Below, piece after piece: positions 1-10,868 of a stretch of 64,000 nucleotides of DNA (positions are counted from its first letter, which is position 1; every line of letters begins with the position of its first letter). This DNA comes from Obrimoposthia wandeli (Eukaryota). A program made the translations under genes and the position numbers. The stretch lies in assembly GCA_977020255.1 (NCBI GenBank), contig CDROCS010005920.1:1-64000 (forward strand), read 5' to 3'. The notes under the pieces are model-generated. The model searched no databases, was not told the origin of the DNA, and worked only from the letters and a program-made list of their open reading frames with translations.

Positions 1-1
1 T

Positions 2-1086
2 CTTGCTGAGCAGTTCAAACTGGCATTAGATCGCCAGTTCGCTAAACGTGCAGAATCCCTTAAGCCTTATGATGAAGCACAAGGTGACTTGTTCAATGAA
101 GTCGAGCAAGAAGCAACGGCGCCTGAGCAGACAGAAGTGGTTACCACTTCAGGTAAGAAGGTGCGTGGTAAGCGTAAACCTCTGCCGAAAGATCTCCCTC
201 GCGAACGTATCGTTCTTGATCTCACCGATGAAGAGAAAGTCTGCGCATGCTGCCAAGGCAAGTTACACAAAATCGGTGAAGATGTCAGTGAAAAACTTGA
301 ATTCATTCCCGCGGTATTGAAAGTACTGGAGTACGTTCGCCCTAAATATGGCTGTCGGCAATGTGAGCAACATGCACAAAGCGTTGCGATAAAACAACAG
401 CCCGCCCCGACAGCGCTTATCCCGAAAAGCTATGCCACAGAAAGCTTGCTCGCCAATATTATCCTTGGTAAATACCTGTATGCCTTACCGCTTTATCGTC
501 AGGAAACGCTGTTTTCACAGGCGGGTATCGATCTCCCTAGAACCACAATGGCGCGTTGGGTGATGCAGGTCAGCGAGTGCTTTACACCGTTGTATCAACG
601 GTTAAAAGAGATGTTACTGAATCAAACCGTCGTTCAGGCAGACGAAACACCACTCAATGTGCTCAAAGAAAATAAGCAATGTTATATGTGGGTTTACTGC
701 TCGGGTGCTGACTCCCCCAAGGCTTCGCTTGAGGGGGTGAAAAATATCGTATTGTTCGACTACCAAAACAGTCGGGCACGGGCTTGCCCCGAGGCTTTCC
801 TCGGGAAATATAACGGCTATCTGCAAACAGATGGTTATAAAGCGTATGACGGTCTCGCTTATGTTGAAAATCTAGGGTGCATGGCACACGCTCGTCGTAA
901 ATTTATGGATGCCAAGAAGCTGCAAGGAAAAGGAAAAACAGGTAAAGCGGATATTGTTCTGGCTAAAATCCAGAAACTTTACGCACTGGAGTCGAGAATA
1001 AAAGGCTTCACTGCTGCCGAGCGATTAGTTGAGCGACAAGAACATGCAATCCCGCTGCTGGATGACTTATCCCAATGGCTTAGCAA
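2..1086 (+). pseudogene. tnpC: IS66 transposase TnpC, N-terminal part (open from window edge)
   Basis: CACCQGKLHKIGEDVSEKLE zinc finger, QADETP, LQTDGY, GCMAHARRKF motifs. Confidence 0.92.
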
Positions 1087-3176
1087 ATCGAGTAGGGTGA
1101 GGCGTTACCGCCTCATCCCTCTCACAGAACCGTACGTACGGACCTCGTATACGGCTCCTGTAGTCTTCTATTCCCTATCTTACAGGGAGCAAGATCCCTG
1201 TTTTCACTTCGTCTATCGCATATAAGCCAACTTCCTTGAACCATTGATTCGGCATGGCATAGTGGGATAAGGGACTCGCGGCATTTTTCCATGAGTCCAT
1301 CGTCATAAACTTGAATGGCGGCTTATAACCAAGCTGTTTCAATCTCCGATGCAATTTCATCGGCTTCTTCCACAGCTTTAATTGTAAACGCCTCGATCCG
1401 CCTTATCCATCCCGCCAATTGGGTTAGCTTTCGGCTTATATTCGCTATCTTAAAGTAGTTGACGGTTCCTCCAGAACAGGATTCAGTTCTTTAAGCACCA
1501 TGGCTAAGTTCTTTCCACTGTTTAGTCAGGTGAGCCGCTTTACTTTGGCTTCCGTGGTTGAACTTCTTTTCTTGTATCCGTGTAGAGAGTGTGACCTATC
1601 ACAACTTTGCCAAGAAATTTAACCCCTTCGTCACTGTGGAGCGATGAGTTTTGCGTTCATTCACTGTTAGCTTCAGTTGCTTTTCAAGATATGACTGGCG
1701 ACTTTTCTCGCATGCTCGGCGGCAGCTTGCGTTGCAGCACAAAGATCGAATATCATCCGCATATCGCACTATTCGGTGCTTACGCTTCATCATTTCTTGA
1801 TCAAACTCATCTAAGTATATATTGGCAAGTAACGGACTAATAACGCCACCTTGTGGGCTTCCTAGTACACTTTTTCTGCCAACCAAATCACCTATCATGA
1901 CCCCACTTTTCAGGAATTTATCTATCAGCCTTAGAGCTGCCGTCTGTGATACGTCGTTTGACTGATTGGATGATCAAGTCATGATCGAGCATATCAAAGC
2001 ATTTCGATAGATCATATCTACCACATGTCGACGCCCATACTGGCGTATAAACATCGTAGCTTTACTTATTGCCTGATGACGCTCCTACCCAGACGATATC
2101 CATAACTTGATGGATGAAAGGATGGATCAAAAATTGGTGTCATGATATTCGATAGACATTGTTGAACAATTCGATCTCGAACCGTTGGAATCCCAGTAAC
2201 CTAATGCCTCCATCGTCTTTAGCGATCTCAACACGTTTTACGGGGCGCGCTTGGTAGCGCTTTTCTTGCAGTTCAAGCAGTAACTGTTTCACGTTACTTT
2301 CAGATCTTGCGCAAAATCTTCCACACTGCCCGTCTACGCCGGGAGCGCCTTTGTTTTTCCACACTTTTCTGAATCCCTCATAGAGCTTGCATTGAAAGCA
2401 GGCGTCCATACAGGCTGTAATATATTCGCACGGTTACCGTCTCACACCACTTGCCATTCGCTACTTCCAGTCAGTTCGGTTTGTTTCGTCACCTAGTTAG
2501 GTGTTCTAGCATTTCGCAATCTGCCCAACCCGCCTTCTTGCCTCCAATGAGTAGGAATGACTACTCCCTATGTGCAGCTCCTAGCCATCGCGCCGATTTC
2601 ACTCTTTGCCATTGGGAGGATGCCCCGCCTAATCGGCAGCTTGTGCACCTGTTTTGGTCTTTCGCTTCTTTTCAGTGTATTAAAAAGATTACTTCCCCCT
2701 TCGCAACCCACATAACTTTTTGGCATATATTTAGCTCCAACAAACACGTTGCTGCTGGTCAGTTCAGTTTTATCCTCCACACCATTACTGGGTTTCACTG
2801 GCTGAACTTTACTCACTACTACGGGTTCATCTGCCACCTCACACCAACATAAGCCTTGAATCACTTCTTGTGCTTATGCTTCCAGCCTTATGCTGGAGTT
2901 GATGCCAGGCTTCCTCGGTTACTGCACCAGTCCCTGTTAGAGATCCCATCCCTTTCACGTGATTGGTTTGTCTGAGTATCGTGCTATTGCGGACACTTAC
3001 CCACCAATCCCGCCACATATGGGTTCACTTGCGTTATGTACCTCTAACTTCCTATGGCTTCCTTCAGACCTCATCGTTGGCCAATGACGCCCTTGCCATT
3101 CGGATTATCTTCCCCTCAGTCTGGGTGATTCTGCTTTCTTTCAAGCAGACGGGTTTGCTGGCTTCGCCGAGCAAAC
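1087..3176 (-). mobile_element. Group II intron (2090 bp) inserted antisense in IS66 tnpC
   Basis: Minus-strand 5' end GTTTGCTCGG; 3' DV GAGCCGTATACGAGGTCCGTACGTACGGTTC and DVI ending CTACTCGAT; removing 1087-3176 restores the frame W-L-S-K-Q-K-V-V-S-S-S-Q-L-G-K-A. Confidence 0.93.
1175..2409 (-). pseudogene. ltrA: Intron-encoded reverse transcriptase/maturase, frameshifted into at least 3 pieces
   Basis: KGAPGVDG, GSPQGGVISPLLANIYLDEFD, RYADD and a maturase-like C-terminus in ORFs 2140-2409, 1599-1898, 1175-1360. Confidence 0.9.
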
Positions 3177-3510
3177 ACAAAAAGTCGTCTCGTCGAGTCA
3201 GCTAGGAAAGGCAATAAAATATGCGGTGGGTCAATGGCCTAAACTGATACGTTATGTCGACGATGGGCATTTATCTATTGATAACAATCGAGCTGAACGA
3301 GCAATCAAACCACTGGTTATCGGGAGGAAAAACTGGCTATTTTCTGATACCCCTAGAGGTGCGGGTGCTAGCGCGATGCTTTACAGCATCATTGAAACAG
3401 CAAAAGCTAACGACCTTATCGTGTATGACTACCTGGTTAAATGCATGAAAGAGCTCGCTAAGTCAGTGCCTGATATCGAATCACTTCTTCCGTGGAACGC
3501 CACATACTAA
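3177..3510 (+). pseudogene. tnpC: IS66 transposase TnpC, C-terminal part
   Basis: LGKAIKYAVGQWPKL...IDNNRAERAIKPLVIGRKNWLF...LLPWN. Confidence 0.92.
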
Positions 3511-3901
3511 AATGCCCCGTGGGTTCATGGGGCGCATACCTTCATGGATATATAATGCGGTCTTTCTTTTGAGGCTTCAACACTAAATCAATAGGTTAGT
3601 GAAAAAGCTAATGGATTAGATTGTTCTGTGCGGCATAACTTGTAGGTTTGCTGGTTTTGGATAACTTCTAGTAGGCAAAACGCACGCTCTCAAAGTTGTA
3701 AAGATTGTTTACTCTAACTAACTTTGGGGCAAATTCTTGTTAGCACGCCGGCTAAAAGTGACGGTGCAATGTCACAGCTGGCAGTATTCCGATAGTTTCC
3801 AACCCGCCAATATTATCAGGCATGCACTTTATGAAAAGTTCACATGCGAAATTCGAGCGATGAAACAAAATATTCTGTATAGGTTGTTTTCATACTTTAA
3901 A

Positions 3902-4492
3902 TCATTTCTGGCTGTGTATTGGATGCAACTCGATATGCGCTTGCTTGGTCTTTTGATTACATTCTTTCAACTCTGCGAAAAACAATTTTGTACCATTGAT
4001 GAGCTCAATCAGTAAAGAAACCGACCCATGCTCAATCAACATCGATATCGGTGCAATCTGCTTTCCGTTCGCCTCAAAACAATTCTCTAGATGCTCCTTC
4101 AAAATATAAATAACACCAGGCTCAGTCTTAACTGACTCATCAAATATCTTCGAATCAAACCCGTGCTCATGTAACAATATGTTGAGTAAATCATACAAAC
4201 TCTGTGCATCATTTGCTTTCGCCTGGTAATCCAAAGACAGGGTATAGAGTTCATTCAGCTTCGCTTCCAAATCTCCCCCTTTGCGCTGGCCCGCCAAAAC
4301 CATTCGCTTAATGTCACCCTTGATAACTTTGTATTCGGATTGCTTTAGTTTCGGTTTGAGGTATTTACACAAAAGCGTGTTGCGCTTAGCCAAAGGCACA
4401 AAATGATCATTACTTGCCACTTGGCCATACAGGTGCAACAAACTATTTTCGATCACATCAGAGAGGAGTTGGTGATAATTTTCTTTAGACAA
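3902..4492 (-). CDS. DUF2913-like Vibrionaceae plasmid/island protein
   Basis: 196 aa; N-terminus YHQLL..VIENSLLHLY..V....FVP..KRN.LL.KYLKPK matches my recollection of the family. Confidence 0.7.
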   Translation of the reverse strand: MSKENYHQLLSDVIENSLLHLYGQVASNDHFVPLAKRNTLLCKYLKPKLKQSEYKVIKGDIKRMVLAGQRKGGDLEAKLNELYTLSLDYQAKANDAQSLYDLLNILLHEHGFDSKIFDESVKTEPGVIYILKEHLENCFEANGKQIAPISMLIEHGSVSLLIELINGTKLFFAELKECNQKTKQAHIELHPIHSQK

Positions 4493-4753
4493 AACGATGA
4501 GTACTCACAACAAATGGAATTCAACCTACAAGGAGAAATGGGGGCGATCTCCTCAAAAATCAATCGATATAAAACTAGCAGCATAATGAGATAAGAAAAG
4601 TGATCGTTTTAGCGCTTTGGGGTTAAAAATGAACTAAACCGTAACTTGGGTTTTTGAACACAACTTAGTCACAAAAAATGTGGATAGTTTTGGCGTAGTA
4701 AAGATATGTTTTTGAAGGGTAGGGGGCATGATTTCAATTGGATAATGTTCGCC

Positions 4754-4781
4754 GGTGATGATTATGTACATTATGTAAAAT
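4754..4781. other. dif/cer-like XerCD recombination site
   Basis: GGTGATGATTA-TGTACA-TTATGTAAAAT; 11-6-11 layout; XerD arm 10/11 to TTATGTTAAAT. Confidence 0.55.
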
Positions 4782-4816
4782 GCGGGCGCTTTAGTGAAAA
4801 TTAACTGTAACTTGAT

Positions 4817-5677
4817 GGTTCTGTCGCATCTTGGTGCTCAATAAATAACAATTCTTACCATTATCACCCGTTTGACGAACGGATGACAAATTAACAGGCC
4901 TATCAGAGATGATAGGCCTGTTCCTTTATCTATCTTGAGATCCCCGATGCCCCTGAATTTCGCCAACAAACAGTTTCCTTCCGCCACTATTCTAATGGCG
5001 GTCCGCTGGTATATGGCCTACAAGCTCAGTTACCGGGATATCGAGGAGCTATTGGCAGAGCGCTGGGTTCAAGTTGACCACGCAACTATCCATCGCTGGG
5101 TGTTGGAATATGCCCCTCAGCTGGAAGCCGCGTTCCGTAATAGCAAGAAGCGTGCTGTTTCTGGTTCGTGGCGAATGGATGAGACCTACATCAAAGTCAA
5201 AGGTCGCTGGTTCTACCTCTATCGCTCTGTCGATAAATTCGGTGACACCATCGATTTCATGTTAACTGAAAAACGGGATGAAGCCGCCGCCAGAAGCTTC
5301 TTTAATAAAGCAATAGGACAGCATGGTTTACCTGAGAAGGTGGTCATTGATAAGAGTGGTAGTAACGCCGCCGCTCTAGATACCTTGAATTGGCAGATTT
5401 GGTTTGCTGGCATAATCGGCGGATTTATTGAGGTACTCCAAGTGAAGTATCTTAACAATATCGTGGAGCAAAGCCACCGGGCGGTAAAATGGAAGATGCG
5501 TACCGCGCTAGGATTCAAATCTATTGAGGGGGCTGAGGCGAGTATCGCCGGTGTTGAGTTATGGCAGATGAAAAATGCTGGAGATATGCCGATTTGGGAG
5601 CAATTTTATTCCCTAGCGGCCTAACTGTATCTGGGGATAGGTGTTTCTACATTCTAATTCCAAGATGCGACAGAACC
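4817..5677 (+). mobile_element. IS6-family element (type A)
   Basis: Perfect 18-bp IRs GGTTCTGTCGCATCTTGG / CCAAGATGCGACAGAACC around a DDE transposase. Confidence 0.95.
4947..5624 (+). CDS. IS6-family transposase
   Basis: LSYRDIEE, WRMDETYIKVKG, VIDKSG, YLNNIVEQSHR. Confidence 0.92.
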   Translation: MPLNFANKQFPSATILMAVRWYMAYKLSYRDIEELLAERWVQVDHATIHRWVLEYAPQLEAAFRNSKKRAVSGSWRMDETYIKVKGRWFYLYRSVDKFGDTIDFMLTEKRDEAAARSFFNKAIGQHGLPEKVVIDKSGSNAAALDTLNWQIWFAGIIGGFIEVLQVKYLNNIVEQSHRAVKWKMRTALGFKSIEGAEASIAGVELWQMKNAGDMPIWEQFYSLAA

Positions 5678-5733
5678 CCTCAAGGAGTCCTCGCCTAACT
5701 TCACCTACCAGCAAAGCATGTAACCCTATTGGC

Positions 5734-6542
5734 GGTTTTGTCGCAGAGTTTAGTCTAACTACACGCGCACTGATTTTCAGATACAATTAGGCTGCAAGCG
5801 CGTAAAATTCATCCCAAACAGATAAACATTCAGGGTTGTCGAGCTGTCCATTTTTAATCATCGACCACAGCTCCACGCCAGCGAGTGTGGCCCTTGCTCC
5901 TTCGTCTGATTTCCATCCTAAACATTGATTCATTTTACCTTTCACTCTGCGGTGGCTTTGCTCGACGATATTGTTCAGATACTTGATTGAAAGAATTTCA
6001 ATTAGACTCAGCATGTGCCCGTTATTCCAAAGCCCAACATTGATATGATGCAGTGCTAACGCGTTGGAATGGCTGCCGTCAATAACCACTTTCTCCGGTA
6101 TTGCATATTGGCCGATGGCCTTTCGGAAAAAGGCTCTCGCCGCTTTTTCGTCCCGCTTATCACGCAGTAGAAAATCAATCACATCACCGTACTTATCAAC
6201 GGCCCGGTAGTAATATTTCCATTGGCCCTTGACGTTGATATAGGTCTCGTCCATCCGCCACGAAGACGCGACTGACTTTTTCACTTGTCGGGCTCGATGT
6301 TCCAGTAAGGGGGCATATTTGAGTACCCAGCGGTTCAATGTTGAATGGTCAACATTGATGCCACGCTCTGCCAATATCTCTTCAATTTCACGGTAGCTCA
6401 GCTTGTAGGAAAGATAGTAACGAACAGATTGCAGTATGATCTCAGAAGGAAAATGACGGCCTGTGAATTTAATGGTCATAATGTTGGAAGTGACGAATGT
6501 TGATGAAGATCATAACTTACTACTCCAGCTTGCGACAGAACC
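5734..6542 (-). mobile_element. IS6-family element (type B), apparently intact
   Basis: Ends GGTTTTGTCGCA / TGCGACAGAACC around the transposase. Confidence 0.95.
5787..6479 (-). CDS. IS6-family transposase
   Basis: FTGRHFPSEIIL, WRMDETYINVKG, YLNNIVEQSHR. Confidence 0.95.
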   Translation of the reverse strand: MTIKFTGRHFPSEIILQSVRYYLSYKLSYREIEEILAERGINVDHSTLNRWVLKYAPLLEHRARQVKKSVASSWRMDETYINVKGQWKYYYRAVDKYGDVIDFLLRDKRDEKAARAFFRKAIGQYAIPEKVVIDGSHSNALALHHINVGLWNNGHMLSLIEILSIKYLNNIVEQSHRRVKGKMNQCLGWKSDEGARATLAGVELWSMIKNGQLDNPECLSVWDEFYALAA

Positions 6543-6830
6543 GAAGATACTAAGATCTACCCTACGCATGAGTACACCCTTTCCAATTTAAAATTTGCTC
6601 AAGAGGTAGAGCCAGACAATAAAGCTATCTCTGAATACTACTCACAATGTGAACGAAAATTAAGCAATGGTGAAATCACCCTACCAAGCAAGCTAACTAC
6701 TGAGCGAAAAATTAACCCGTTTTTGCGAACTCAGGTTCCTGGAGTGATAAATCAAGTGAAGTCTCGCATAAGCAAGGCTGATAGTGCATCTGTATTTGTC
6801 GCGCTACGTGAATGGAAAGATGGGTTTTAA
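6543..6830 (+). pseudogene. gloB: Hydroxyacylglutathione hydrolase (glyoxalase II), C-terminal 95 aa; 5' part removed by IS6
   Basis: My translation: EDTKIYPTHEYTLSNLKFAQEVEPDN...ITLPSKLTTERKINPFLR...VFVALREWKDGF*; not in the ORF track because it has no start. Confidence 0.85.
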
Positions 6831-7244
6831 CCACTTAAAGCTTCTAACTAAGGCTAGTAGACGAGTATTATTTGCAGCCAAATTTGATAGAGATTACAAG
6901 AGTGAGAGTAATATAGCTGGGAGTATGCTCTTCACTGTTTCCAACCCACTAACAATTGATTGTAGCGTATTTCGGTGATTGCTATCGCTCAGTTCCCCCT
7001 GTGTCAAACTCTGTTTTCGTCTAGATATTTAAAGAGATGACTATGTCAGCTAACCCCGTTCCAATTGATATGAAAACGAAAGGTCAAACTGATTGTTACC
7101 ACCTTATAATTGGTCTCATCGAAGAATTCATCTTTTGAGTTGAGAGTGCACCTTTAAATCCCGGTAGAATGTAGGTTCTGAAGCTATGTAAATCCCTTAA
7201 TCTATAAGCATAGTTACGATGACATTAAGAGGAAGATTTGCATA

Positions 7245-7355
7245 CTCTGTGCGCAATACGGCCAAACACCAACTCAAAGAATGCCAGGGTCAAAATTTTC
7301 ACAAAAAATTAACATTGTGGTATTATGTTACCACCATGCCCTCTCGCTCTGCGGT
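7245..7355 (+). repeat. Diverged inverted copy of the RHH gene 3' end and downstream DNA (partner about 10869-10975)
   Basis: CACAAAAAATTAACAT(T)GT(G/A)GTATTATGTTACCACCAT(G/A)CCCTCTCGCTCTG shared; AKHQLKE peptide in both. Confidence 0.85.
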
Positions 7356-7409
7356 TATATTGTTTAACGAATATTCAATGCATCAATATAACAGGCGAGA
7401 TAGAAACTT

Positions 7410-7805
7410 ATGTCACAAATTATTCACACTATGATTCGGGTACTCAACCTAGATCGGTCTATATCTTTTTATACTAAAGCTCTGGGGCTGGAAGTCGCAG
7501 GGCAGTTTGAATTTGATTCTTTTACTCTTACCTACCTAAGAGACCCAATATCTGGGCACGAAGTTGAGTTGACCTCAAATCACAATAGAAAGCAACCATA
7601 TGAGCATGGTGACGCCTATGGTCATGTCGCGATTTGTGTTGATGATATTGAAGAAAGTTATCAAAGATTAGTCGAACTCGATCTCCAGCCGACGCCGATA
7701 AAATCCATGGAACATAATAATAAGCTTATGGCGACCTTCTTTTTCTTGACGGATCCCGATGGTTATAAAATCGAGTTTCTTCACAAAGTAGGACGTTTTC
7801 AATAA
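7410..7805 (+). CDS. VOC/lactoylglutathione lyase (glyoxalase I)-like protein
   Basis: HTMIRVLNLDRSISFY, ELT.N, YGHVAICVDD, FLTDPDGYKIE. Confidence 0.88.
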   Translation: MSQIIHTMIRVLNLDRSISFYTKALGLEVAGQFEFDSFTLTYLRDPISGHEVELTSNHNRKQPYEHGDAYGHVAICVDDIEESYQRLVELDLQPTPIKSMEHNNKLMATFFFLTDPDGYKIEFLHKVGRFQ

Positions 7806-7811
7806 TACGAA

Positions 7812-8351
7812 ATGACACGGGAGGTCAAAGTCATGAACGGGAATAAATTCAGCCGCAGAAAATTTTTGAAACTTTCTAGTATCAGTGCATTTTCCGCGAT
7901 GACACTTTGCATATCAGGGTACTCATTGGCGGGTCAGAACTGGGAATTGATGACACGCAATCTTGGTAAGAATGAAGGGCAATTATTACTGCAATTATGT
8001 AAGCGGATCTATCCACACCCAGGCCTGGAAAATTTCTTTTACGGAGCGTGTGTTGAAAGCATAGATGCAAAACTATCGGGCGAGCGCCTGCAGATTTTTC
8101 GTAATGGCTTAGCGACGCTTAGTAAAGTGAAATATGGTGAGCTTTCAACCCAGGAACAGGACGCGATATTAAAAAGGATAGAAAAAGAAACTTTTTTCCA
8201 AACTGTGCGCTCCGATATGGTGGTCTCTCTATATAACAACCCAAAAATTTGGGGACGCTTAGGATATGAGGGGGCGTCATTTTCAAAAGGTGGTTATATC
8301 AACCGAGGATTTAATGATATTGACTGGTTACCAAGAGTAAACAAGGAGTGA
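7812..8351 (+). CDS. Tat-exported gluconate-2-dehydrogenase subunit-3-like protein
   Basis: SRRKFL twin-arginine signal; LYNNPKIWGRLGYEGAS..KGGYI.RGFNDIDWL tail. Confidence 0.8.
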   Translation: MTREVKVMNGNKFSRRKFLKLSSISAFSAMTLCISGYSLAGQNWELMTRNLGKNEGQLLLQLCKRIYPHPGLENFFYGACVESIDAKLSGERLQIFRNGLATLSKVKYGELSTQEQDAILKRIEKETFFQTVRSDMVVSLYNNPKIWGRLGYEGASFSKGGYINRGFNDIDWLPRVNKE

Positions 8352-8355
8352 GCAA

Positions 8356-9927
8356 ATGGCTAGTTTTCAGTTATCAGATAATAGTGTAGTGGTGGTTATA
8401 GGTTCTGGTGCGGGTGGTGGAACATTGGCAAATGAACTCTGCCAAAAAGGTATAAGAGTTGTTTGCTTGGAAGCCGGAACGCACTTGAATTACCTCAAAG
8501 ATTTCAAAAATGATGAATGGCACATGTTCAACAAAGAGGCGTGGCTCGATAAAAGAACGACCTCTGGCAGCTGGGAGGTGGCTAAGGACTTCCCCAATTT
8601 ACCAGCATGGATATGTAAGACTGTTGGTGGTTCGACGCTTCATTGGGCTGGGGCGAGCCTTCGCATTCAAGAGCATGAGTTTAAAACATTAAGTCATTAT
8701 GGTGAAGTAAAAGGCGCCACACTGCTAGATTGGCCGATCACTCTTCAAGAGCTAGAACCATACTATGATAAGGCTGAGTACAAGATGGGGGTTACCAGAA
8801 CTAATGATATCCCGGGTCTTCCTGGCAACAACAATTATAAAGTTATGGAAGCAGGTGCGCGCAAGCTGGGTTATAAGCGAGTCCACACAGGAAAGATGGC
8901 GATTAACTCTAAGCCTCGAGATGGGAGGCCGGGTTGTCAACAGCTTGGCTTCTGTTTCCAAGGCTGCCGAATGTCGGCAAAGTGGTCAACTTTGTATACC
9001 GAAATCCCTAAAGCTGAAGCCACGGGTAACTTTGAATTAAGAGCTCAATCAACGGTACTGCGAATTACGCATAACGAGCAAGGTTTAGTGGATGGGGTGC
9101 TTTATGCCGATAAAGATGGCAATCATCATCATCAAAAAGCTAAAATCGTATGCCTTGCTGGTAATTCCATCGAAAGCCCAAGAATTCTTCTGAATTCAGC
9201 TTCAAGTATGTTCCCTAGTGGCCTGGCAAATAGCTCGGGTGAGGTGGGTAAGAACTACATGCGCCATATGACAGGTTCTGTGTACGCAGAATTTGATAAA
9301 CCGGTCAATATGTACCGTGGAACAACAATGGCCGGAATTATCCAAGATGAGTCTATTCATGATCCTAGCAGGGGTTTTGTGGGGGGCTTCGAAATGGAAA
9401 CACTCTCTCTAGGGCTACCATTCTTGGCGGCATTCCTGAAGCCCGGAGAATGGGGGCGTGATTTTTCCAGTACAATGGAGCAGTATGAGAACATGGCGGG
9501 TATGTGGCTGGTAGGAGAGGATATGCCTAGGTCGACCAACCAGGTTACACTCAATATGGACGAAAAAGATCAACATGGACTCCCTGTCCCCAATGTTCAT
9601 TATGACGATCATCCCAATGATGTTGCAATGCGTAGCTATGCTTATAAAAAAGGTGAGCAGGTGTATGAAGCCGTGGGAGCAGTGAAAACTCACCGCGTGG
9701 TTCCATATCCTTCAACTCATAACCTCGGAACAAATCGCATGAGCGAGAAAGCGAGAGACGGTGTCGTCAACCGTTGGGGACAGGCTCATGATATAAAGAA
9801 CCTATTTATCTCCGATGGTAGTCAATTCACTACCGGATCGGCTGAAAATCCAACATTAACCATCGTTGCTCTTGCTATACGACAAGCAGATTATATTGCG
9901 AACCAGATGTCTACAAAGCAACTCTAA
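8356..9927 (+). CDS. GMC-family FAD oxidoreductase
   Basis: IGSGAGGG FAD motif, VGGSTLHW, CQQLGFCFQGC, HNLGT.RM, ENPTLTIVALA. Confidence 0.92.
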   Translation: MASFQLSDNSVVVVIGSGAGGGTLANELCQKGIRVVCLEAGTHLNYLKDFKNDEWHMFNKEAWLDKRTTSGSWEVAKDFPNLPAWICKTVGGSTLHWAGASLRIQEHEFKTLSHYGEVKGATLLDWPITLQELEPYYDKAEYKMGVTRTNDIPGLPGNNNYKVMEAGARKLGYKRVHTGKMAINSKPRDGRPGCQQLGFCFQGCRMSAKWSTLYTEIPKAEATGNFELRAQSTVLRITHNEQGLVDGVLYADKDGNHHHQKAKIVCLAGNSIESPRILLNSASSMFPSGLANSSGEVGKNYMRHMTGSVYAEFDKPVNMYRGTTMAGIIQDESIHDPSRGFVGGFEMETLSLGLPFLAAFLKPGEWGRDFSSTMEQYENMAGMWLVGEDMPRSTNQVTLNMDEKDQHGLPVPNVHYDDHPNDVAMRSYAYKKGEQVYEAVGAVKTHRVVPYPSTHNLGTNRMSEKARDGVVNRWGQAHDIKNLFISDGSQFTTGSAENPTLTIVALAIRQADYIANQMSTKQL

Positions 9928-10048
9928 TCATGCTGTCATAGCGAAGCACTACGGCTTTTTATTCGATCAGGGCGTCTTTAAGTAGGCGCGCTCTCCTGAC
10001 TTTAAGGTCAGCTTTTGCTGGGCATTTTCGCTGCATTATCGGTTTTTA

Positions 10049-10066
10049 GGTTCTGTTGCAAATTTG
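10049..10066 (+). mobile_element. 18-bp IS6-family IR stub
   Basis: GGTTCTGTTGCAAATTTG directly followed by a second IS6 end. Confidence 0.7.
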
Positions 10067-10868
10067 GGTTCTGTCGCAAGCTGGAGTAGTAAGTTATGAT
10101 CTTCATCAACATTCGTCACTTCCAACATTATGACCATTAAATTCACAGGCCGTCATTTTCCTTCTGAGATCATACTGCAATCTGTTCGTTACTATCTTTC
10201 CTACAAGCTGAGCTACCGTGAAATTGAAGAGATATTGGCAGAGCGTGGCATCAATGTTGACCATTCAACATTGAACCGCTGGGTACTCAAATATGCCCCC
10301 TTACTGGAACATCGAGCCCGACAAGTGAAAAAGTCAGTCGCGTCTTCGTGGCGGATGGGTCGAGACCTATATCAACGCCAGGCGGGCCAATGGAAATATT
10401 ACTACCGGCCGTTGATAAGTACGGTGATGTGATTGATTTTCTACTGCGTGATAAGCGATTGAAAAAGCGGCGAGAGCCTTTTTCCGAAAGCGCCATCGGC
10501 CAATAAATACCGAGAAAGTGGTTATTGACGGCAGCCATTCCAACGCGTTAGCACTGCATCATATCAATGTTGGGCTTTGGGAATAACGGGCACATGCTGA
10601 GCTCCAATTGAAATTTTCAATCAAGTATCTGAACAATACTGTCGAGCAAAGCCACTGCAGAGTGAAAGGCAAAATGAATCAATGTTTGTGATGGAAATCA
10701 GACGAAGGAGCAAGGGCCACACTCGCTGGCGTGGAGCTGGTCGATGATTAAAATGCAGCCTGACAACCCTGAATGTTTATCTGTTTGGGATGAATTTTAC
10801 GCGCTTGCAGCCTAATTGTATCTGAAAATCAGTGCGCGTGTAGTTAGACTAAACTCTGCGACAAAACC
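10067..10868 (+). mobile_element. IS6 type-B copy, inverted relative to 5734-6542; transposase frameshifted
   Basis: Same ends as the 5734 copy; identical for the first ~290 bp, then many 1-nt indels. Confidence 0.93.

Larger units (their letters stand above)
1..3539 (+). mobile_element. IS66-family element (5' part outside window), interrupted by a group II intron
   Basis: TnpC-type ORF on both sides of the intron; right end reads GTATGCGCCCCATGAACCC on the minus strand (IS66-type terminus) and ends at 3539. Confidence 0.92.

Noticed and set aside
5734-10868. Classical composite transposon with target duplication
   Set aside because: Copies are inverted (IS6 units are normally direct) and the outer flanks show no shared 8-bp duplication.
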